Assembly (NCBI GenBank): GCA_965249545.1 | Contig: CBDFMH010000005.1 | Location: forward strand, 1,223,116 to 1,287,115 | DNA length: 64,000 nucleotides | From: Pirellulales bacterium | GTDB taxonomy: Bacteria; Planctomycetota; Planctomycetia; Pirellulales; UBA1268 | Direction: 5' to 3' | In this document: positions 26,276-33,978 of the stretch, piece by piece | Layout of the letters: each line of letters opens with the position of its first letter | Position numbering within the stretch: the first letter of the stretch is position 1 | The notes under the pieces: model-generated | Databases searched by the model: none | Seen by the model: only the letters and a program-made list of their open reading frames with translations | What the model was told of the DNA's origin: nothing | Made by a program: the position numbers and the translations under genes

Positions 26276-29200
26276 ATGAATTACTGCCGTTTTCCATTAC
26301 TACTTTTGGTCCTTGTTGTTTTCTGTTCTGTGAAAAACAGTCTGTTTGCAACTCCTCTCGCACACACTGAAGTAGGAGAGTCTGAACAGCAGTCAGTTGA
26401 AAATAATCTCGAGGGCAAAAACAGTGTTGTCGAATCTGCTTCGGTCATACCGATTGCCGTTGTCGTCTCAGCACAATCAGAACAACAAAAGCCGTCACAT
26501 CCGGCAGTGAATGCCATTGATGGTGATCCGGCCACCCGGTGGTGTGGTGACGGGCCAGACATGCCGAACTGGTTCCAGCTGGAATTGCAGAAAGCGGTAA
26601 CAATCTCAGGGGTCGAGCTTGCATGGGAAATCCAGAGTGATTGGATGCAATATACCATCGAGACTTCGCCGGATGGTCAACGTTGGACCGTTTCAACGGA
26701 TGCGTCGCAGAATACGCAGGCAGGTGTTCGAAGAGAACGATGCGATGCACAGGCTGTTCGATTCCTTCGCGTTAAGGTGTTGCGTCAGCAGCGGGGCATG
26801 TGGCCTAGCCTTAGGGAGATACGACTCTTTGACGGCGACGGAAACCTTCTTCCATTAAATGCTGAACACAGTACACAAATTGCGTTGGAGGTAGATACTG
26901 CACGCCTGCAAACAGAGGGCAACAGTGTTCCTCGAACTTATAGGTTAACACCAGCCGAGGAGAACGAGTTGCTTGCGGGGGTCGCTGTGCCAGAAGGATT
27001 TGCTGTCACACTGTTCGCCCCATGGCAGATGGCGAACTACCCGACGTATCTTGCGGCAGCTCCAAATGGTGATCTCTATGTTTCGTCGGATGGAAATGGC
27101 TCTCTTGGAAGACAGCCCCATCGAGGTCGTGTTCTACGACTCCGCGATATCGACAATGATGGTAGAGCAGATGAGGTGACTGAGTTTATTCCTGATATTG
27201 ACTCACCACGGGGCATAGTCTGGGACCATGACCGGCTTTATGTTCTGCATCCGCCACACATCGATGCGTTCTTCGATGCCGATCATGATGGAGTCGCCGA
27301 GTCGTCTCAGCGGCTTATCTCAAACATTGCTTTTGGTTTCGATAAGCGACCGGCTGACCACACTACAAATGGGCTCGAAATGGGAGTGGATGGATGGCTT
27401 TATGTAGCATGCGGCGACTTCGGTTTTATGGAGGCAACCGGCACTGACGGGCGAACGCTACAGATGCGAGGTGGAGGAGTGGTCCGATTTCGGCCCAATG
27501 GAAGCGGGCTCGAGACATATTCTGACGGCACACGAAATATCTATGGCATTGCCGTGAGCCCAATGCTTGATCTGTTTGCCAGAGATAACACGAATGATGG
27601 TGGCGGCTGGAATGTTCGCTTACACCATCTCAGCGGACTTGAAGACCATGGGTATCCACGGTTGTTTCAAAATTTTGCTGAAGAAATTGTGAAGCCACTT
27701 GCTGATTATGGTGGTGGTTCTGGCTGTGGCGCATGTTTTATTGACGAACCCGGTATTCCGCCGGCATGGAACAAGCGAGCGTACACATGTGATTGGGGTC
27801 GTGGTGCGTCATTTCGGCATCCTGTGAAGCGACAAGGTGCAGGGTTTGTTGAGAACGGTGAGCCAGAAGAATTTTTCAAAATGCCACGACCGACCGACAT
27901 TGACGTTGATGGACGGAGCGCTGTTTATCAGGCTGCGTGGAAGGGTCCGGCAACGTTCAAGTGGGATGGCCCCGCGCATGGATTTATCGCCCGAGCAACA
28001 CCGATAAGCCATGTCCCTACAACACCTCCTGAATTCCAAGTAGTTCACGACATAGATTTAGTAGATATCGTCAAAAATTCTGCCAGCCACGTCAGGCGGC
28101 TTGCAGCGCAGCGCATGTTGTTGCGGCGTTCCTTCTCGGAGGAAATGAAGAATGCGTTGCTTGAGGTGGTTCAGGATCGTTCCTTACCACTCGAAAATCG
28201 TGTCGTTGCACTGTATGCAATCTCACAAAGAGGCCTTAGGAGTCAGGCTAGTCACGATGTTTTAGAGATTCTTACGCCAAATATTTCTAACGATGACCCA
28301 ATTTTACCGATGCTTATTCGTAGCTGTGGTGACTTTGGAATTGACTTGAAGACAGCCGGAACACGTGGTCCAGTTCCTGCTGATCTGCTTGAGCGGTGGC
28401 TGTCCAGTACTGATCCTCGTTCCATTCTCGAATCAATTATTGCAACTGTTCGGCAGGATGCAGTAGAGGTCACGGAAAGCATAGCGGTACATCTTGCGAG
28501 TCCAGATCCACTCATTGTCCATACAGCTTATCGTGGACTTGTAAAATTAAACGCATACGATGTCGCTTTACAAACGTTTGATAATGAGGACCAAATGGTT
28601 TGTAGAGGTGCCGCGCTCGCGCTCATGCGGATGCATCAGCCCGAGGTTGTGTCTGCAATAATAGACCGTTTGCGGGTGGTGCATGAACCAGAGCGTCGAA
28701 CTCTTATGATTGAGGTCTTGGCTCGGCTTGCTCAGCGAGAAGCAAAATGGAAAGGTGATTCCTGGAGTACGCGACCGGATACCAGAGGCCCTTACTATCA
28801 GCCAGAGTTGTGGGAGGAAACTCCAAAGATTCTCACGGTGCTTAATGGCTTGCTTGATGCTCCTGAGACATCAGGAGCCGAAGCTGCTGGAATCGTTGCG
28901 GCACTTGGTCGAAATCGAGTTCGCAATGATCGCGGGCTAGCGGTTTTATTAAACCTTGCTCAGACAAACAGTACGCTTCAAGCATCGCTGATTCAACAAT
29001 TGATGCAGCAGGATGATCTTCCTACAGAAGCCATCCCAATTCTCACTGCAGCGGTGAAAGAGCCAGCTGTTTCACCGGAGTCGTTACTCGGCATTATTTC
29101 GTTACTTCTTCGAAGCAATAATCCCGACGTGTTTCCTTCTGTTCTTGACGCAATCGTCACCTTGCAGCGTTGTCCTGCCGCTCGGCAGCAACAAAAATTG

Positions 29201-30046
29201 GCCCGTGTAGCGCTCTTGGCGTCTCCAGTTCTTCAAAACCATGTTGGACTCTTAAGTGAGCGGTTACGTGCCGAGGCTAGTGGCCCTGGCGGTGAGTGGT
29301 ATGCGGCCTGCCTCCTTACAATTGCAAGCGACAGAAAGAGCAAGCAGGAGCCACGCGACAGAAGCCTTCATGCACTCGATCAGGCGTGGCAACAGGTTGC
29401 TGGGCGACATGCGATTATTCAGGCAGTATTTTGGACAAAATTGCCGATAATGAACGATCGACTTCTTGCCGCCAGCAACGACCCAGATAAACGTATCCAA
29501 CAGCTTGCAAAAAGTACCATGAAGCGGTTGGGTATCCAGCAAGCAGGTGAAGACACAACGCAGCGAATTGAGGATCTTCCGTTGGTCGACGCAGTTGTGG
29601 CAGTGAATTCTTACACTCGCGGTAGCATTGCGCTGGGAGAAGTACTTTTTACTCACGCGCAATGCGTTAATTGTCATACGGTGTCCGAGGACGCACCTGC
29701 CAAAGGACCCTATTTGGGTTCTATCGCAATGATTTATCGGCGTCCACAGCTTGCTGAGGCAATCCTGATGCCAAACAAGACGATTGCTCAAGGTTTTAAG
29801 ACAAATCTGCTTTTATTAGAGAGCGGCATTACGGTGACGGGTTTTGTGACAAAGGAGTCTGCAGACGGCATTATGCTACGAGATGCCAACGGCAAGGAAC
29901 AGTCAATTGCTTTTGACGAGATTGATGAACGCATGACACTACCCACATCTGTTATGCCAGCAGGGCTAATGAACAGATTTACTGTGCATGAAGTAAGCAG
30001 TCTTATTGACTATATAGAAAGTCTTGCAGTGAAGAAAAGCAAGTAG
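26276..30046 (+). CDS. multidomain protein: F5/8 type C (discoidin) + dehydrogenase-like beta-propeller + HEAT repeats + C-terminal c-type heme-binding domain
   Basis: ATG at 26276 (MNYCRFPLLLLVLVVFCS...). 'AIDGDPATRWCG...FLRVKV' matches a discoidin domain. 'VPEGFAVTLFA...NGDLYVS...GRVLRLRDIDNDGRADE' matches the Pirellula/Verrucomicrobium membrane-bound dehydrogenase domain. The C-terminal part has 'CVNCHTV...AKGPYLG...MPAGL' (CxxCH). Confidence 0.88.
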   Translation: MNYCRFPLLLLVLVVFCSVKNSLFATPLAHTEVGESEQQSVENNLEGKNSVVESASVIPIAVVVSAQSEQQKPSHPAVNAIDGDPATRWCGDGPDMPNWFQLELQKAVTISGVELAWEIQSDWMQYTIETSPDGQRWTVSTDASQNTQAGVRRERCDAQAVRFLRVKVLRQQRGMWPSLREIRLFDGDGNLLPLNAEHSTQIALEVDTARLQTEGNSVPRTYRLTPAEENELLAGVAVPEGFAVTLFAPWQMANYPTYLAAAPNGDLYVSSDGNGSLGRQPHRGRVLRLRDIDNDGRADEVTEFIPDIDSPRGIVWDHDRLYVLHPPHIDAFFDADHDGVAESSQRLISNIAFGFDKRPADHTTNGLEMGVDGWLYVACGDFGFMEATGTDGRTLQMRGGGVVRFRPNGSGLETYSDGTRNIYGIAVSPMLDLFARDNTNDGGGWNVRLHHLSGLEDHGYPRLFQNFAEEIVKPLADYGGGSGCGACFIDEPGIPPAWNKRAYTCDWGRGASFRHPVKRQGAGFVENGEPEEFFKMPRPTDIDVDGRSAVYQAAWKGPATFKWDGPAHGFIARATPISHVPTTPPEFQVVHDIDLVDIVKNSASHVRRLAAQRMLLRRSFSEEMKNALLEVVQDRSLPLENRVVALYAISQRGLRSQASHDVLEILTPNISNDDPILPMLIRSCGDFGIDLKTAGTRGPVPADLLERWLSSTDPRSILESIIATVRQDAVEVTESIAVHLASPDPLIVHTAYRGLVKLNAYDVALQTFDNEDQMVCRGAALALMRMHQPEVVSAIIDRLRVVHEPERRTLMIEVLARLAQREAKWKGDSWSTRPDTRGPYYQPELWEETPKILTVLNGLLDAPETSGAEAAGIVAALGRNRVRNDRGLAVLLNLAQTNSTLQASLIQQLMQQDDLPTEAIPILTAAVKEPAVSPESLLGIISLLLRSNNPDVFPSVLDAIVTLQRCPAARQQQKLARVALLASPVLQNHVGLLSERLRAEASGPGGEWYAACLLTIASDRKSKQEPRDRSLHALDQAWQQVAGRHAIIQAVFWTKLPIMNDRLLAASNDPDKRIQQLAKSTMKRLGIQQAGEDTTQRIEDLPLVDAVVAVNSYTRGSIALGEVLFTHAQCVNCHTVSEDAPAKGPYLGSIAMIYRRPQLAEAILMPNKTIAQGFKTNLLLLESGITVTGFVTKESADGIMLRDANGKEQSIAFDEIDERMTLPTSVMPAGLMNRFTVHEVSSLIDYIESLAVKKSK

Positions 30047-30061
30047 CTGTGATGTATTGTC

Positions 30062-30100
30062 GTCGCACCTATCAGGTGTGCGACCGGCCAATTTTTATTT
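30062..30100 (+). terminator. candidate intrinsic terminator after the 1257-aa gene
   Basis: GTCGCACCT (30062-30070) pairs with AGGTG(T)GCGAC (30074-30084), giving 9 bp with one bulged T and a 3-nt loop. The T-rich run 'aatttttatttt' follows 6 nt later. The site is 16 nt after the stop. Confidence 0.45.
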
Positions 30101-30377
30101 TCAGGCGGGCTGAAGAAATGCAGGAGTGCTTGCAACGACGGTGTCTCAGTGTTGTTGCACAGGGTAGCCTGGCATGGGCTGTGACCACCGGTTCTGAATG
30201 CAACGCTGTAATGGCCAGAAGATTTTATAAGCATAAAATCAACGCCACGAATCACCATCCCGATGTCAGTACCAGAGATTTTTCAGTTCATGTCAGGGTT
30301 TTGGCTTTCTGCCGAACAAAACCCATAGTGAAGTGAAATACAAGATCCTTGTTTCAAAAACGTAAGTGATCAAATCA

Positions 30378-32549
30378 TTATTTTTTCACTCGTCGTTTTT
30401 TCACAACTTTTCTCTTTACTTTCTTCTTTGTTTTTTTCTTTGTTTTTGTTTTTGTCTCAGGATCTTCTCCATTATCCGTTGGTTTTTGATGGTCATGCTC
30501 TGAAACAATAATCACGTTGTCGCCAAGGTTGAGTTCTTCGGGTTCGTCCAAAGGTTGTCCCGATTCGTCTAATTTAATATCCGCTTCGGATGTTTTTTTC
30601 TTTGCAACCCGTAGCAGCTCCTCATAGATTTTTTCCCGATCCCCACCATTTATTGTTGCAACTGCTGTAGCAACCTCACCTAGATAGCGGAGGAAAATTG
30701 TTCGGCGTTGGCCTTCCTGTGCAACTTTCAGTCGTCGCCTGAGGTACATGCCAAGTTTTCGTCCTACCGCCTGGAGGGCCAAGCGTATTTCCTTTTGTAT
30801 CTCTGGATAGGAGGCGATTGCCTCTTTTGATTCGCTGGTAAAAGGTACCCATACGCTTGCCATATGAACCATCACAGTGATTGGGCCGCTTGGAAGGCTC
30901 CCCCGTGATTGTGAGAGGCCATACGATCGCCAGTTTGTCGATAACATGGTCTGTGTAATCGCGCAGGCTGCGTGTTGGAATTGAAGCGGTACTCGGTTAG
31001 CAAAGCGAAGAACATTCATGCTTTGCCCCTCATCAAGATTGACGTGCTTCATGGCCTCGTGGAGGTCTCGCATCGCCGCCTTTTTGAGTTTTGAGGGAGA
31101 TTGACGAGGGGCGAGTTTCGCTTCGTTTAAAATTTTGTCAGCTGCTTCAGTGCCAACACCACCAAATGTGGTTGCAAGGAATTGGCGAAGGCTGCGTGCA
31201 TCACTTTCAGAAGCAAGCTCTGTGAGTGCTTCCAGTGACACTTTTCTTGCAGCGACAGCACCTCCGTATGCGAGAGCAGCTTCGATGACAAAAGGGTTTC
31301 CTCGATAAACTCCAGGAGGTCGTGTTGCAGCTGTAAAAAATTCACCAGGTACGACTTGATGAAGTCCAGCCAATAGTCGCTGTTCACCGATTGGTACAAC
31401 ACAGTCTGTAGCTGGTGGTGGTATCCGAGTTGATTGGATAGCTGTGTAAAGAGCATCGGCCTCACCACGTCCCAGCTTGCCTGTACTGATACGTGTAGAA
31501 AGATCAGCCGCATTACAAAGTTTTCGAGCAGTCGTGGGTGATACACGAGAAAAACTTTGATTGAGAAATTGCGACAATGTCATTTTTGGCTGCTCTTGGA
31601 GCAACGTGACAAGGCGGCCAAGCTCCACACCGTAAGGGTGGGGTTTTATTTCTTTTGGTTCTGGCGGGAGTTCATGGTTGGCTCGTTCCAGCAACCGCTC
31701 GTTCCCGTCTGGCCCCTGAAAATGAATGCGAGCGTGAGGGTTTGCAATTGCCGTTTGCTCCAGATACTCCTCGACGCTACCACGACCGCGTTGAAATTTT
31801 GCCTCCATTTCGATTGTGACACGTGTGCCATGCTCGGAGTCCTCATCGAGGTCGTTTCTTGCCACCCATTCAATACCACGCTTGTGCATCATGGTATCAC
31901 CAGCCTTACCGGGCGGAATATCAACACCCGCACCACGGCCATTAAGAATTTCAGGCTGGTTTGTTTTTGTGTCGATGCGTAGTTCGTAATAGTGAGCAGG
32001 GTCCTTACGAGAAGTCTTTGAAATAATTTTGACCGGTTTGCCGGTTGTGAGCACGCCATACATTCCAGCAGCAGAGATCCCAATTCCTTGTTGTCCTCGA
32101 CTCATTCTTAGACGATGAAACTTCGAGCCGTATAAAAGTTTTCCAAAGATAAGAGGTATCTGTTTTCGAACGATGCCGGGCCCATTGTCTTGTACGCTTA
32201 CAGCAAACCGATTGCCAGTTTCACCGGCTTGATCAATACGGACCCAGATTTCTGGAAGGATGCCTGCTTCTTCACAAGCATCGAGTGAGTTGTCGACAGC
32301 CTCTTTGACACTCGTCAGCAGCGCTTTTCTTGGAGAGTCAAAGCCGAGTAAGTGACGGTTCTTTGCAAAGAACTCACTGACTGAAATATCTCGCTGTCCG
32401 GTTGCAAGTTTCTGAGCAGTGGCTCGTCGTTTTGTTCGGGGTCTTTTTACCTCTGCTACCGAGGCCGAACTCTCTTGGGTCGCAGTGCCACGAGAGGAGC
32501 GGGCTTTTGTTTTTTTCTTTTTCCTGGTTCTTGTTGAAGAAGCGGCCAT
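30378..32549 (-). CDS. top6B: DNA topoisomerase VI subunit B (GHKL ATPase) with Lys-rich N- and C-terminal tails
   Basis: 'ISVSEFFAKNRHLLGFDSPRKALLTSVKEAVDNSLDACEEAGILPEIWV' (Bergerat N-box), 'DNGPGI' (G1), 'KLLYGSKFH', 'SRGQQGIGISAAGMY' (G2), then H2TH-like and transducer regions. I took the ATG at 32549 (MAASSTRTRKKKKTKA...). The ORF is open up to an ATG at 32804. The C-terminus reads 'KTKTKKKTKKKVKRKVVKKRRVKK'. Confidence 0.88.
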   Translation of the reverse strand: MAASSTRTRKKKKTKARSSRGTATQESSASVAEVKRPRTKRRATAQKLATGQRDISVSEFFAKNRHLLGFDSPRKALLTSVKEAVDNSLDACEEAGILPEIWVRIDQAGETGNRFAVSVQDNGPGIVRKQIPLIFGKLLYGSKFHRLRMSRGQQGIGISAAGMYGVLTTGKPVKIISKTSRKDPAHYYELRIDTKTNQPEILNGRGAGVDIPPGKAGDTMMHKRGIEWVARNDLDEDSEHGTRVTIEMEAKFQRGRGSVEEYLEQTAIANPHARIHFQGPDGNERLLERANHELPPEPKEIKPHPYGVELGRLVTLLQEQPKMTLSQFLNQSFSRVSPTTARKLCNAADLSTRISTGKLGRGEADALYTAIQSTRIPPPATDCVVPIGEQRLLAGLHQVVPGEFFTAATRPPGVYRGNPFVIEAALAYGGAVAARKVSLEALTELASESDARSLRQFLATTFGGVGTEAADKILNEAKLAPRQSPSKLKKAAMRDLHEAMKHVNLDEGQSMNVLRFANRVPLQFQHAACAITQTMLSTNWRSYGLSQSRGSLPSGPITVMVHMASVWVPFTSESKEAIASYPEIQKEIRLALQAVGRKLGMYLRRRLKVAQEGQRRTIFLRYLGEVATAVATINGGDREKIYEELLRVAKKKTSEADIKLDESGQPLDEPEELNLGDNVIIVSEHDHQKPTDNGEDPETKTKTKKKTKKKVKRKVVKKRRVKK

Positions 32550-32906
32550 AGTTCTACAAATGTGGGGATTCAACTGGAATGAAGCCCGGATTTCGGTGGT
32601 CCGGGTAAGTGAGGCAAAGTGTAGTGATATTTCCTGTTCAAAATCCAACCGTACCGATAGCTCTGCCGGGGCAGACTTTATCCGTGGGGTTATTGGAATG
32701 GCTTCGCAGGTGTCTCCATGATGCTGCTGGGGCGGGTATGCCGAAGCGAATTCAGGGGAATCTCTTCCCTGGAGGGATCGTGATGGATTACGGGTAAGGG
32801 CCATGGAGGGCTGTCCTGTGATTTCTGATCGCTGGTCTCTGGTGTGTGAGAGGGCTTTTACAGGCCTTCAAAGTGACGAAATGAGAGCGTTTATGGAGAA
32901 AAAACA

Positions 32907-33251
32907 ATGAGTGCTCGACGAACCCGACTCGCCATGATGCTGTGCGCTGTCATCACTGCGGGAATGTTTTCACAGGCTGTTCATGCCAATCCAATTAATG
33001 GAGGTGTCGAGGCCCCTGTACCAGATGTCTTCTCAAACTACTACTACCCGCCGATTCCTCCGGGTCCATACCCAGGGGTGGGAGCGCAGCTCTACGTATC
33101 ACCACAACCTGTGCCAGCTCGTGTTGGACATACATGGGTTACGTATCCACCGTTCATGCCCCATGAGTTTCTCTATCAGCACCGACGGCGGTACGTACGT
33201 TGTTCCGGAGCGATGGGCACGCGAAATGTTACTCATGCCTATTGGTGGTAA
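32907..33251 (+). CDS. small secreted Pro/Tyr/Trp-rich protein
   Basis: Signal peptide 'MSARRTRLAMMLCAVITAGMFSQAVHA'. The mature part is 'NYYYPPIPPGPYPGVGAQLYVSPQPVP...HAYWW'. A competing frame (32983-33285) has no signal peptide. Confidence 0.6.
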   Translation: MSARRTRLAMMLCAVITAGMFSQAVHANPINGGVEAPVPDVFSNYYYPPIPPGPYPGVGAQLYVSPQPVPARVGHTWVTYPPFMPHEFLYQHRRRYVRCSGAMGTRNVTHAYWW

Positions 33252-33301
33252 GGCAGATTTCCAAAGTATGATTTCTACTAACTAGCGAAAGAAACTGACT
33301 G

Positions 33302-33697
33302 ATGAAGACCTCCCAATTTCTACTGCTCAGCCGTATGGTAATGGCAGCCATTATCACGGTCACTTTTTTGCAGGCCGTTGAGGCTGGAGGACACCGGGCG
33401 ACAGAGAAACGATACTTTCTAAGAGGTCGAAACAAGAGTTGGCACAGTGGTTGGTATAACCCAGATGTAGGACGACCTGTTCCATTGGTCGTACCACCGA
33501 CGGCCGAGTTTGTGAGTGAATACAGTTGGGGTGTACCCAGTTCCCGAGTGATGCCTCTCTATCAGCAGTACCGTAAACCATACCCCGGTGCTGCCTATGT
33601 TCCAGGGTCTCGTCCACTAATGCCAACGCCTCAGCATCCGAGCGATACCGTGCAATTTGGTGTTCATGCAATACGAGGCCCATGGGGCAGTTACTAA
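33302..33697 (+). CDS. small secreted Pro/Tyr/Trp-rich protein
   Basis: Signal peptide 'MKTSQFLLLSRMVMAAIITVTFLQAVEA'. The mature part contains 'WHSGWYNPDVGRPVP', 'YRKPYPGAAYVPGSRP' and 'RGPWGSY'. Confidence 0.6.
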   Translation: MKTSQFLLLSRMVMAAIITVTFLQAVEAGGHRATEKRYFLRGRNKSWHSGWYNPDVGRPVPLVVPPTAEFVSEYSWGVPSSRVMPLYQQYRKPYPGAAYVPGSRPLMPTPQHPSDTVQFGVHAIRGPWGSY

Positions 33698-33978
33698 AAC
33701 GTGCATGCGCCTACCCTCTGCTTTAGTGTACGACAGCTTTGTATAGATTCCTCGGTTTTGAAGTGTGGTGAAACGGTGCGTTCGTTGTTTCTATGGAATG
33801 GCATGTCCTGCTGAAAAAAGGAACATGCTCAGTAGCTGTCTTGCTCCAGTTCTTCTCGTTATCCAATTTGAATCCGTGCAATACTCGCTAAAAACAACGC
33901 TTTTCAGTCTGATTTGTCCGGTGAGTAAGATTTGTCTTGTGAAGGCGATTAGTATGAAAGAACGACACAGCCAGGTGA

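Noticed and set aside
30049-30336. 95-aa (+) and 82-aa (-, 30010-30258) ORFs in the convergent spacer.
   Set aside because: They are Cys/Arg-rich odd translations that overlap hairpins and have no RBS or motifs. They are more likely non-coding.
30379-30460. Long pyrimidine-rich/purine-rich strand-asymmetric tract.
   Set aside because: It is simply the AAG/AAA-rich coding sequence of the Top6B C-terminal lysine tail, not a separate repeat element.
32550-32804. 85-codon N-terminal extension of the top6B ORF up to an ATG at 32804.
   Set aside because: The extension ('MALTRNPSRSLQGRDSPEF...') has no Top6B similarity, and the region contains a stable hairpin (CCCGGA/TCCGGG, ~32587-32607). The internal ATG at 32549 is preferred, but the longer form cannot be excluded.
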